From a virus, in IMG/VR virus record IMGVR_UViG_3300044844_000928: a stretch of 64,000 bases of DNA. The stretch is one strand, 5' to 3'. A program made the position numbers and the translations under genes. Positions 8,444 through 17,460 of the stretch are shown piece by piece (the stretch's first letter is position 1; every line of letters begins with the position of its first letter). The notes under the pieces were generated by a model. That model was not told the origin of the DNA. It ran no database searches and worked only from the letters and a program-made list of their open reading frames with translations.

Positions 8444-10237
8444 ATGCGAATTGAAGATATTATTATTTCTAATCTGATTTACAATGAAGAGTTTACTAGA
8501 AAAACCTTACCTTTCATTAAAAAAGAATATTTTACCGATAGGATGGAATCTATTCTTGTTAACGAAATTGGCGAATACTTTACCAAGTTCAATAAGATTA
8601 TTACACCACAGATTCTTGATATTGAAATCAGAAACAGAACTGACATCAATGATAAAGAATTAACTGAGTTAACGGCGCTTGCTTCTAAAATTGAACAAAA
8701 AGATATTAATGATGAATGGTTATTACTTGAAACTGAAAAATTCTGTAAAGATAAAGCAGTTTATGGTGCCATATTACATTCTATTAAGATTATTGAGGGC
8801 AAGGATAAACAGTTCCGTGAAGATGCTATTCCGTCTATATTATCTGACGCATTAGCGGTATCTTTTGATACAAATGTTGGTCATGATTACATTTTAGATT
8901 ACTCTGAACGATACGACCATTATCATAACGTTGAAACTAAAATTCCGTTTGACTTAGAGTTGATGAATAAAATTACGGGCGGCGGGTTAAGCCTTAAAAC
9001 GTTAAATTGTTTCTTAGCAGGTTGCGTTCATCCTGATACGTCTATTTCAGTTAGGATTACCAGTAAACAGGGTTGGGTAGCTGAAAAGCATATTGCGATT
9101 GGTGATGTTAAAGATTTGTTATTAGATTATAAAATAGAGGTAACATCTCCAGATGGTTGGGTTAACGTATCGAATTTTGTGGATAAAGGTTTTTGGGATG
9201 AGTATGTCCTTACGTTATCTAACGGCGATACTGTTAGATGTAATGAGATTCATTTGTTTGAAACTCAGGCAGGTTGGTATTATGCTAAAGACCTTGTAGA
9301 CCAAACAGTAAACTTTCATACAGATAAAGGTTTAGTCAGCGGCTATATTGTTGAAACTGGTGAGTTGATTCCTATCGTTGATATTACGGTTGACCATGAT
9401 AACCATAGGTACTATACAAATGGGGTTTCTTCTCATAACACGGGCGTTGGTAAATCTTTAGCGATGTGTCATATTGCGGCGGCTACTATGGCGCAGGGTA
9501 AAAATGTTCTATATATTACAATGGAAATGTCTGAAGAACGTATTGCTGAGCGTATCGATGCTAATCTTTTGAATATTCCTATTACAGAGTTGAAAACTGT
9601 TGAACGACCTGTATTTGAAACTAGGATTCAAAGGTTGATGGAAAAGACGACCGGTAAATTAATCATCAAAGAATATCCGACGTCATCAGCTCATGCTGGT
9701 CATTTTAGAGTTTTGCTTGAGGAGTTAAAGGGTAAAAAGAACTTCAAGCCTGACCTCATCTGTATAGATTATTTGAATATTTGTGCGTCTCAAAGAATGA
9801 AATACGGTAGCGGTGTTAATTCTTATATGTTGATTAAATCTATTGCTGAAGAGTTGCGCGGGTTGGCGGTAGAGTATAATGTTCCGGTTGTCACCGCGAC
9901 TCAGCCTAATCGTGAAGGGCAGACTTCTACCGATATGGATTTAACTAATGTCAGTGAATCTATAGGTATCGCCCATACGTTAGATTTATTCATAGGCTTA
10001 ATGTCTACTGAAGAGTTAGAAGAAATGGGTCAGATTATGGTTAAGCAGTTGAAAAATAGATATAATGACATTTCCTATTATAAGCGTTTCACTATCGGTA
10101 TAGATAGAAGTAAGATGAGATTGTTTGATGTTGAAAGCTCTGCTCAGCATAATATATCCGGCGCGGGTACTGTTGATACAAATAACGGCTTTCAAACTAA
10201 AACTAAACGAATTGAAACGAATGGATTCAAATTTTAG
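8444..10237 (+). CDS. gp41: Replicative DnaB-like helicase gp41 containing an intein
   Basis: TEKFCKDKAVY, split P-loop LAG|TGVGKS, YITMEMSEE, IKEYPT, KQLKNRY. Confidence 0.96.
   Translation: MRIEDIIISNLIYNEEFTRKTLPFIKKEYFTDRMESILVNEIGEYFTKFNKIITPQILDIEIRNRTDINDKELTELTALASKIEQKDINDEWLLLETEKFCKDKAVYGAILHSIKIIEGKDKQFREDAIPSILSDALAVSFDTNVGHDYILDYSERYDHYHNVETKIPFDLELMNKITGGGLSLKTLNCFLAGCVHPDTSISVRITSKQGWVAEKHIAIGDVKDLLLDYKIEVTSPDGWVNVSNFVDKGFWDEYVLTLSNGDTVRCNEIHLFETQAGWYYAKDLVDQTVNFHTDKGLVSGYIVETGELIPIVDITVDHDNHRYYTNGVSSHNTGVGKSLAMCHIAAATMAQGKNVLYITMEMSEERIAERIDANLLNIPITELKTVERPVFETRIQRLMEKTTGKLIIKEYPTSSAHAGHFRVLLEELKGKKNFKPDLICIDYLNICASQRMKYGSGVNSYMLIKSIAEELRGLAVEYNVPVVTATQPNREGQTSTDMDLTNVSESIGIAHTLDLFIGLMSTEELEEMGQIMVKQLKNRYNDISYYKRFTIGIDRSKMRLFDVESSAQHNISGAGTVDTNNGFQTKTKRIETNGFKF
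9023..9439 (+). mobile_element. 139-aa mini-intein in the gp41 Walker A motif
   Basis: Starts CVHPDT, block B CNEIH, ends YYTNGVSSHN followed by Thr; no endonuclease domain. Confidence 0.95.
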
Positions 10238-10238
10238 T

Positions 10239-10276
10239 CTAAATACCTTTACTTTGAAACGGGTTTAAAGTATAAT
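10239..10276 (+). promoter_or_regulatory. Promoter of the modification cluster (early type, with upstream CTAAATA)
   Basis: TTTACT 10248-10253, TATAAT 10271-10276. Confidence 0.8.
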
Positions 10277-10304
10277 TATTATTTTTATAAGAGGAATTTG
10301 AATT

Positions 10305-11711
10305 ATGGCTAATGTTATTGTTGCCAAATCTAAACTAGATTGTGAGCACCTATTGGGTAGATTTCTTGATGAATCTCATTACGATATTTTGGTTGAAGAA
10401 GATACCGACTGTTATATGCCTGCTATGTGTGATTTATCTACACAGGTAGATTGTGAATCAGATTGTAGCTCATGCGATAAAGGTCAAGACGAACTGCGTA
10501 TTGCGTTCAAATTTAGAAAAAACTTCTTCAGTAAAGAAGAGCACGACTGGGCGTATGAGGGGTTAAAAGATGCTGCCACTGTATCTAATAACAGAGGTCT
10601 TGCCGCCGGTACGTTTCAAGATACAGGTAATATTGATGGTACATTTAGCGATAACTCTGGTCGTATTAGGGTTAAGCCTAAAGAACATGCTATTTTAGAT
10701 TACTTCATTAATCCTATTGACGATTTGTATAATGAAGGTGATGAGTTTGATAAAATCAAAAATGCTCATTATGTTGATAATGAAATTCGTTGCCAGGTTT
10801 GGTTGCCTTCTAAATTACCTGAAGGATTTAATTTTGATGAGTGGGCTGAAGCGACTTCTAAGTTACCGCGTGAAGCGGCTAAAGCTGAAGCTGAAATGGT
10901 TGCTAAAGAATTCATTTCTAGTACAAACTATGCTGTTCCATGTAATTCTGGTGTAGCAGGTTGGTTTGATAGATACCCTAGAATTCCATATGGTAGACCA
11001 ACATCATATACAAATTATCAGTTTGATAAATTCAAAAAATGTTTCCCTTTTATCCAGTCTTTGAACAAAGGGTTTAAAACCTTATTGCCATGGCGCTGGG
11101 GTAATCAAAAAGCGGCAGCTGATAAAATTGATGAAAAGTTTTTGGTTCCAGGCACGGTATTTACTACATTAACAGTGAATAATACCTTTAGAACGGCGGC
11201 TCATTATGACGCCGGCGATTTGAATGAAGGCTTATCTAATTTACTAGTGTTATCTGTTAATGATAACTATTCTGGCGGCTATCTAGTATTTCCAGAATAC
11301 AGAATCGCGGTTAGCGTTAGACCTCTAGATTTGTTACTTGTTAATAATCATGAAGTTATGCATGGTAACACGCCTATCGTTAAAAATGACGACTTAGCTG
11401 AGCGAGTTTCTATTATTTGTTACTTCAGAGAAAATATGTTAAACTTAGGTTCTTACGACTACGAAGATTGCCGGTTCAATTTCGTTGAATCTAGAAAAAA
11501 TGACCCAGACCATAAAGACCAACGGTTTAGATGGAACGGTATTACTCCAGGAATGTGGGCTGACCATGAATCTAAAGATGGTGATTATTCTAAAGCTAAA
11601 GAATGGTACGATTATCTAAAGGCTCAGCCTAATGGAAATGAATGGTTAGATAAGTATCACCCTTGGCTTAAAAACGCCTATGAAAGTGTGTCATTAGAGG
11701 AATTCTTTTAA
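10305..11711 (+). CDS. TET/JBP-family 2-oxoglutarate/Fe(II) dioxygenase
   Basis: FTTLTVNNTFRTAAHYD (HxD), GGYLVFPEY, MHGNTPI (distal His), ERVSIICYFR (2OG-binding Arg). Confidence 0.88.
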   Translation: MANVIVAKSKLDCEHLLGRFLDESHYDILVEEDTDCYMPAMCDLSTQVDCESDCSSCDKGQDELRIAFKFRKNFFSKEEHDWAYEGLKDAATVSNNRGLAAGTFQDTGNIDGTFSDNSGRIRVKPKEHAILDYFINPIDDLYNEGDEFDKIKNAHYVDNEIRCQVWLPSKLPEGFNFDEWAEATSKLPREAAKAEAEMVAKEFISSTNYAVPCNSGVAGWFDRYPRIPYGRPTSYTNYQFDKFKKCFPFIQSLNKGFKTLLPWRWGNQKAAADKIDEKFLVPGTVFTTLTVNNTFRTAAHYDAGDLNEGLSNLLVLSVNDNYSGGYLVFPEYRIAVSVRPLDLLLVNNHEVMHGNTPIVKNDDLAERVSIICYFRENMLNLGSYDYEDCRFNFVESRKNDPDHKDQRFRWNGITPGMWADHESKDGDYSKAKEWYDYLKAQPNGNEWLDKYHPWLKNAYESVSLEEFF

Positions 11712-12910
11712 TGAATTTATATGAATTAGACTTAGATTTATCATCGTACAAGGATGTACGATTACCACAAAATAGACTTGAAGCTTTTAGACGAGTTGCT
11801 GTCACTAGAATGTATGAAGGAGATTTAGACCATTGGCATTCTGGTTTAGTTATTTCCGATATGATGGGGTTAACTAAAGACCAAAAAGCTTTGTATTGTT
11901 TGGTATTTGGACAATCATACCGTAACCACTGGGCAATGATTGTACTCCAGCAGTTTCCTGACTTACTGAATACAAAACATGAACATATAGTTGAGTGGCA
12001 CGATGTTAACTGGAAACGAGCATTTTATGCTAAAGACGCAAAATGGAATTTAAGAAAATTTCCTGATTATGTGAAGTCGATTAAAGCGACAATAGGAAAC
12101 GACTCCCCATATGATTACCTTGAGCGGGTATCCACTGTCGGTAATACGGCAGAAAACTTTTACTCCTTGAATAAATCTTTACAAAGTATGTATTCTATAG
12201 GAAGAATGACTGCGTGGTTAGCACAACAGACTGTATATGAATTTTTCGATTTTGACGTCGACCACTGGGATCTACAGTTGTATTCTGATACATGGAGTCA
12301 ATATGATTCTTTGTGTTACTTATTCAATAGAGAAGATATAGCGACTAAGAGAAATGGAGTGAAGGTTAAACCTGCTAAGTCAGAAATAAATTTGATGGAA
12401 ACGAATTTCCAGTATTTGATGGAATACATCAACAGCAACTCTAACATAAAATTAGATGTCTATAATATTGAATCATGTTTATGTGAGTTCAGAAAAACCG
12501 CAGGTGCTGGTGGAAGAAAGCCTAAAGAATTTACAGGATGGACAACTAACGAACTTGCTGATCAATATGATGCGTTATCTTCTGCGTGGGAAGAAATTGA
12601 CTGGAAACCTTATATTGCTGGGTTGATGACTAAAGGCAAAAACTTCACTGATTTTTCTTTAAATGAAGAATATTTCACTGTGATGAAAAATTATGGACTA
12701 AATTTGAATATGCATCTGTACTACAATGATGAACCTGATGTACATAAATTATTGTCACTGGAAAAATTTAAAACAAATAGCATGAAAAAACTGGATTCGG
12801 ATTGGGTTGAGTTGTTCAGCGAAACAGAAAGAGATATGTTAAAAGTTAAGTTTGACCCAACGCTATTTTTAAGAAAACAAAATATTGTTGATACATGCTT
12901 TACTTTATAA
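11711..12910 (+). CDS. aGPT-Pplase / amino acid:DNA transferase-like protein (HhH glycosylase fold)
   Basis: SIGRMTAW HhH-like motif and C-terminal IESCLCEFRK (ExxLCxxxK); adjacent to TET and in a cluster with a P-loop kinase. Confidence 0.72.
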   Translation: MNLYELDLDLSSYKDVRLPQNRLEAFRRVAVTRMYEGDLDHWHSGLVISDMMGLTKDQKALYCLVFGQSYRNHWAMIVLQQFPDLLNTKHEHIVEWHDVNWKRAFYAKDAKWNLRKFPDYVKSIKATIGNDSPYDYLERVSTVGNTAENFYSLNKSLQSMYSIGRMTAWLAQQTVYEFFDFDVDHWDLQLYSDTWSQYDSLCYLFNREDIATKRNGVKVKPAKSEINLMETNFQYLMEYINSNSNIKLDVYNIESCLCEFRKTAGAGGRKPKEFTGWTTNELADQYDALSSAWEEIDWKPYIAGLMTKGKNFTDFSLNEEYFTVMKNYGLNLNMHLYYNDEPDVHKLLSLEKFKTNSMKKLDSDWVELFSETERDMLKVKFDPTLFLRKQNIVDTCFTL

Positions 12911-12927
12911 AGAAAATCATTTATAAT
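12899..12927 (+). promoter_or_regulatory. Promoter
   Basis: TTTACT-N17-TATAAT. Confidence 0.8.
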
Positions 12928-12951
12928 ATTATTTTTATTTAGGAAAAACAA

Positions 12952-14244
12952 ATGTCAAAAATACGAGTAGCATTAGTGGGTGTTGGTTCTTGCGCTAAAT
13001 CTTTGGTGGAAGGCGTCCAATACTACATAGAAAATCAAAATGATACAGTCGGTTTAATGTATCCAGATATCGGTGGCTATACCGTTAACAATATCGAATT
13101 CGTGTGTGGGTTTGATGTTGATATTCGTAAAGTTAACCTACCACTAAAAGAAGCATTAAGAGCAAATCCAAATTGCTCTATGGATCATGTTAATGAAATT
13201 TCAGACGCATGTGTACCAAAAGGCGCTATCGTTTATTCTGGTCCGGAGTTAGATGGTGTGGCTCCTCATATGTTAGACTATCCAGAAAACGTTTCGTTTA
13301 GAACCGGCGCTATTCCGGCTGAATCTTTTCAACGTGTTGTTGAATTGTTAAAATACCATAAAGTTGATGCCGTCGTTAACTATCTTCCAGTAGGCTCTCA
13401 CGAAGCAAGCAAATTCTATATCGATGCGGCGGTTAAAGCTGGCTGTCATTTTGTTAACTGTATTCCTACATTTATTTCTACTGAAGAAGCTCAACTTGTT
13501 GAACAAAAGTTTATTGACGCAGGGTTGACTATTGTTGGTTCTGATATGCGTTCTGGGTTCGGTGCTTCACGTTTATCTGAGATTTTACAAGGCGGTATGC
13601 TTGACGCGGGATTATTAGTTACTCAACATATCCAAATGAATATGGCGGCTGGCACTACGCAAGGTCAAGAAAATATCCGTACCGGTAGAACAGCCAACAC
13701 CGATTTCTTAAATATGGCTAAAACTGACCGATTAGAATCTAAACATATTTCTAAAGAAAATGTATTGAAAGGTCAAAATAGTGTTCGAAATACTTCTATT
13801 GATGGAATGACTTTATATGCTGGTCCATCTTTAACAGTTATTCAAAAACCAGGAGGAACTTATGTCGGTTCTGATAATAAAATTGCCAATATTGATATTG
13901 TAGCTTACGGGTTTGCCGGTGCTAGATATGAATTAACTGCTAGATTATCAGTTCAAGATTCTCCTAATTCCGGTGCGGTTGTTGTATCTGCTATTAGATT
14001 TTGTAAAGTGGCTGCTGAGTTAGGTATCGTTGGGTTCTTACGCGGTGCTTCTCATATTACGCAAAAAACGCCGCCGGTTCAAATGAAAATTGAAGATGCT
14101 AAATTTGAGTGTGACGCATTAGCAAGACGTATTGTTACGCCTATGACTGAATCTCAATTGAAAGAAAATAACCCAATTGCTAAAAATTTACCTTATACAT
14201 TCCAAAAAGCGGTAAACGACTATGCAACTAATTCTCCACGATAA
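12952..14244 (+). CDS. ino1: Myo-inositol-1-phosphate synthase homolog
   Basis: VALVGVGSCAKSLVEG (Rossmann), VNYLPVGS, FVNCIP, NTDFLNM, RLESKHISK, DSPNS, KTPP. Confidence 0.92.
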   Translation: MSKIRVALVGVGSCAKSLVEGVQYYIENQNDTVGLMYPDIGGYTVNNIEFVCGFDVDIRKVNLPLKEALRANPNCSMDHVNEISDACVPKGAIVYSGPELDGVAPHMLDYPENVSFRTGAIPAESFQRVVELLKYHKVDAVVNYLPVGSHEASKFYIDAAVKAGCHFVNCIPTFISTEEAQLVEQKFIDAGLTIVGSDMRSGFGASRLSEILQGGMLDAGLLVTQHIQMNMAAGTTQGQENIRTGRTANTDFLNMAKTDRLESKHISKENVLKGQNSVRNTSIDGMTLYAGPSLTVIQKPGGTYVGSDNKIANIDIVAYGFAGARYELTARLSVQDSPNSGAVVVSAIRFCKVAAELGIVGFLRGASHITQKTPPVQMKIEDAKFECDALARRIVTPMTESQLKENNPIAKNLPYTFQKAVNDYATNSPR

Positions 14245-14247
14245 ACT

Positions 14248-15510
14248 ATGACTAAAAAATTAAAAATTGGAATTTTGATTACAAACGATGTGACAATGGA
14301 CGGTAAAATCATGTCGGAGTTTCTGTACTTCAATGCTGTGTACGAAAAACAGAAACAGTACACACCAGACCTTATTGTTGATTTGATAACCTTATCAAAA
14401 AACAGTTTGCGTCTGGTTGAACGGTACGATGTCGCATCATTAGAGGGTGATAGTTGTTTTGATTTTCCTCATAAAACAATTTTGGTGACTGATGATATTG
14501 GTATCGAACGTGTTTCCGACGAATATGATATATTGATAACAACCAGAAATTATGGTGTTATTTTCGGTGGTATGTTAAGCGGTAGATCTATCTTACAATA
14601 TAAACTTTCTAATATGTTTAGCAGAAAAAATAAGCCTGTTATGATACGGGTTACTGATTCTGAAGATGTCGCATGTGATTACTTAAAACTTGCTATGTTA
14701 AATATAGACGGCATGGAAAAAAATATTAAAGATAAAAACCCAGAAGCATATGAGCAGGCTAAAACATTTGTCGAAACTCAACAATTTATAGATTACAATA
14801 ATGTCTATTGGTTAGCTAATGGTTCGCCTAAAATAAACTGGTTATATGATACTGTGCTCAATAAAAAATCAGCTGGTCCATTAGCCGGCTTGGTTTCAGA
14901 AGATGTGGTAAAACGCAACACAATATACCTTTCCGATGATATTTTTTTCCTTGTTAAAGAAAACCATAGCAAATATGGTTATCTGGATAAAACTGTTCCT
15001 AAAAATAATTCGTTTTGTTTTATAGGCTTTTTGAGTGGAATTAACAAAACGCGGTTGAAAGTTTTTAATAATTTACTAAAGGAAAATCCTGCTAATTTGC
15101 CACCGATACATTTCTTTGGTGATGTTGACAAGTTATCTTCTGATATTCCTGTTGTTGATATAGAACAAGGTAGCATATTGGGCAACTCCCCAGAATATTT
15201 TGAATTTATTAATAATCACCTTGCATATTTGTTTGTAGGTAAAGGCAGAGAGAATATTTCTTATGTTGGTAAAACCTGCTATGATTCCCTTGTCGCAAGA
15301 ACACCAATAGTTGTGTATTCAAAATGTGATGTCGATAGGGTTATGTTCCCTAATAATCCAGAATTCTATTTCGATAATGTTACAGAGTTAGCCGCTATGT
15401 ATGAATTACTTCAAGATAACATAGTTAGATCTAAATGGGTCGATATTCAAACTAAAGTTATCTTCAAAGAATTAGACGTTGAGCCTGTAGATTTTTCTTT
15501 ACTTTGTTAG
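14248..15510 (+). CDS. DNA beta-glucosyltransferase-like (T4 BGT, GT-B) glycosyltransferase
   Basis: Colinear matches to T4 BGT as recalled: DEYDILI..IFGG, TD, IHFFG, AYLFVG, PEFYFDNVTEL...IQ. Confidence 0.75.
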   Translation: MTKKLKIGILITNDVTMDGKIMSEFLYFNAVYEKQKQYTPDLIVDLITLSKNSLRLVERYDVASLEGDSCFDFPHKTILVTDDIGIERVSDEYDILITTRNYGVIFGGMLSGRSILQYKLSNMFSRKNKPVMIRVTDSEDVACDYLKLAMLNIDGMEKNIKDKNPEAYEQAKTFVETQQFIDYNNVYWLANGSPKINWLYDTVLNKKSAGPLAGLVSEDVVKRNTIYLSDDIFFLVKENHSKYGYLDKTVPKNNSFCFIGFLSGINKTRLKVFNNLLKENPANLPPIHFFGDVDKLSSDIPVVDIEQGSILGNSPEYFEFINNHLAYLFVGKGRENISYVGKTCYDSLVARTPIVVYSKCDVDRVMFPNNPEFYFDNVTELAAMYELLQDNIVRSKWVDIQTKVIFKELDVEPVDFSLLC

Positions 15511-15526
15511 ATAATTAAGTTATAAT
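15498..15526 (+). promoter_or_regulatory. Promoter
   Basis: TTTACT-N17-TATAAT. Confidence 0.8.
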
Positions 15527-15558
15527 TGAATAGTAAAATTAACTTTAGGGTATTATGA

Positions 15559-15939
15559 ATGCAAATTAACACTTTTGATATTGATGGCGTTATTTATATG
15601 GGCAAAGGGTTACGCGGTGTTAGACCTGACCCAGATGATATTATTATAACAGGTAGATCTATAGAAGAAACGCGGGCAACGCTAACTATGTTACATCAAC
15701 GCGGTATTTATAATCAAGTCTTCTTTAATCCTATTCGATATCATGAAAAAACTCGCGTTAGTTCTGGTTTACATAAGGCTAGAACTATCGAAATGCTGAT
15801 CGAGTCTGGTTATGATATTCAGTTTCATTTTGAGGACGATCCTATTCAAATAGAAACCTTAAGAAATTACTGTAAAAAAGTACATGTTATTGCTATAGAT
15901 TCCCCTACTGAAAAAGAAAACGTGAGAGCTGAATTATGA
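15559..15939 (+). CDS. Capless HAD-superfamily phosphatase
   Basis: FDIDGV (motif I), ITGRS (II), K (III), FEDD (IV). Confidence 0.88.
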   Translation: MQINTFDIDGVIYMGKGLRGVRPDPDDIIITGRSIEETRATLTMLHQRGIYNQVFFNPIRYHEKTRVSSGLHKARTIEMLIESGYDIQFHFEDDPIQIETLRNYCKKVHVIAIDSPTEKENVRAEL

Positions 15940-16481
15940 GAAAAATTATTGCTGTTTGTGGTGTCCCTGGAACCGGTAAAACTACTTTGTTTCGTGAGTT
16001 TATGAAAAACTATACTTGGGAGCGGCGCGAAGAAGCTAAACTTGTTTCGTCAGAATATTGTAAAGATTTGAATTTACATATCCTAGGAAAGTATGACGAA
16101 GGTGAAGTATTTGCCGGCACGGACAAGTTGAGCCTTGCTGTCCAACCAGAATTTATAAAATGGTTAGAATCTTCAGATACCAATGTTTTATGGGAAGGAG
16201 ATAGGTTGACTAGCGCAAAACTTTTTGAATTCTGCGCTAATATGAAAGGAGTAGATTTTGAAATTATAGTCTTAAAATGTCCAGATGAAACTTTAAAGGA
16301 AAGATATGGTGAGCGTGGTTCTGAACAATCAGAAACGTTTTTAGCTGGTAGGTACACTAAGATATCTAATATTGAATCTAATTTTGATTTGATGTCAAAT
16401 GTAACTGTCTATAAAAATTCTTCTAAGGAAGAACAAGCTGTACTTTTAAGTAAATTAAATTCTTCCTTTGTTAATCTATAA
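15936..16481 (+). CDS. P-loop kinase, 5-hmdU DNA kinase-like
   Basis: GVPGTGKT, ILGKY..GTD, VLWEGDRL, ERxxERG; neighbourhood of a modification cluster. Confidence 0.75.
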   Translation: MRKIIAVCGVPGTGKTTLFREFMKNYTWERREEAKLVSSEYCKDLNLHILGKYDEGEVFAGTDKLSLAVQPEFIKWLESSDTNVLWEGDRLTSAKLFEFCANMKGVDFEIIVLKCPDETLKERYGERGSEQSETFLAGRYTKISNIESNFDLMSNVTVYKNSSKEEQAVLLSKLNSSFVNL

Positions 16482-17323
16482 AAATCTGGCTTATTAGGGT
16501 TAGCAAGCGCCTTTCCTATATTTATTTTTATGTTATTGTTTTTATACCATAAAGAAGCTGCTGAAATTGATTCAAATATCATACCCTGACAATAGACCGG
16601 TTTTTTTGACGCATTAATTGCAATGTTTATACTATAGTCAATTTGTTCCTTTGTACGGCGCTTATTTGCTTCAGCAACAGCTTTTTTTTGTTTATCTGAT
16701 GTTGGTTTCCCTACTCTAGTGACTCTTAGCTTTTCTATGTGTTCTTTTGTCTGCTTTTTTCCTTTACAGGGACTTGGTTTTTGTATCCAAGTCCCATTAA
16801 GCACATTTGGGTCATTTTTATCTACTCTACCCAAATATTCCCCAGTTTTAGCATCCAATGCTAATATTTTACCCAATAATGCTTCTCTACGTTTTATTTT
16901 AACACTTTCTTTTTTTGATGGATTATTTTCTGTCATTTGTTTGGAAGTGCGAACAGAATTATCTAATTTTAATTTTTCATAAATTTTTGAATTAATACGG
17001 GTATAATCTCTTTGTTGGTTTGAAGAACCAACATTATTCATTTTTACAAATCCTTTTATTTGACTTCCTCCATACGCTTTCCATAATATCCAATGTAACA
17101 AATAATGCTGTCTAGCTGTGACTATCAATTTATTCCATGCAAACATTTTTAAATTTGCATATTCAGGAAAAAGATCCTTTGCTCGAGGGCAAATATGGTG
17201 GTTTTCTGTGTAAACAAAATCATCAATTTTCTGTGTTTTGAACGATTCAATTAAAGTGTAGTATCTGTTGATGTAGTGCTGTGAATGTGGTTTTGACTGT
17301 AAAACCGCTAAAATATCTACCAT
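16409..17323 (-). CDS. Free-standing HNH homing endonuclease
   Basis: YTENHHICPR...TARQHYLLHWIL; basic NUMOD-like C-terminus; CTAAATA late promoter upstream on the minus strand (17350-17356). Confidence 0.85.
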   Translation of the reverse strand: MVDILAVLQSKPHSQHYINRYYTLIESFKTQKIDDFVYTENHHICPRAKDLFPEYANLKMFAWNKLIVTARQHYLLHWILWKAYGGSQIKGFVKMNNVGSSNQQRDYTRINSKIYEKLKLDNSVRTSKQMTENNPSKKESVKIKRREALLGKILALDAKTGEYLGRVDKNDPNVLNGTWIQKPSPCKGKKQTKEHIEKLRVTRVGKPTSDKQKKAVAEANKRRTKEQIDYSINIAINASKKPVYCQGMIFESISAASLWYKNNNIKINIGKALANPNKPDFYRLTKEEFNLLKSTACSSLEEFL

Positions 17324-17378
17324 GGCAAAATCTCTATTGGTTAAAATATTATTTAGTTGTAATTATATATGACTGTTC

Positions 17379-17423
17379 AACCAAGAAAAGATTTTAAACT
17401 TCATTAATAGTAAATTTGCGTGA
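17379..17423 (+). pseudogene. Orphaned 3' end of the P-loop kinase gene
   Basis: Reads NQEKILNFINSKFA*, aligning without gaps to the kinase tail EQAVLLSKLNSSFV; immediately precedes the operon terminator. Confidence 0.55.
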
Positions 17424-17429
17424 TGAATT

Positions 17430-17452
17430 AGCCGGCTTTGTGCCGGCTTTTT
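17430..17452 (+). terminator. Rho-independent terminator
   Basis: agccggc-tttgt-gccggct followed by a T run. Confidence 0.9.
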
Positions 17453-17460
17453 GCTCCTAA

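Noticed and set aside
10305-15510. Standard TET + C5-methyltransferase + glycosyltransferase cytosine pathway
   Set aside because: No C5 methyltransferase is seen here, and the kinase plus AADT-like genes point to 5hmU chemistry. Not fully excluded, since a methylase could lie outside the window.
16409-16432. Clamp-binding motif SLEEFL at the HNH C-terminus
   Set aside because: It is encoded antisense to kinase codons, so it may be coincidental.
16430-17380. Group I intron in the kinase gene
   Set aside because: The insert is nearly all antisense ORF, no group I core is recognisable, and the kinase has its own stop and replacement tail.
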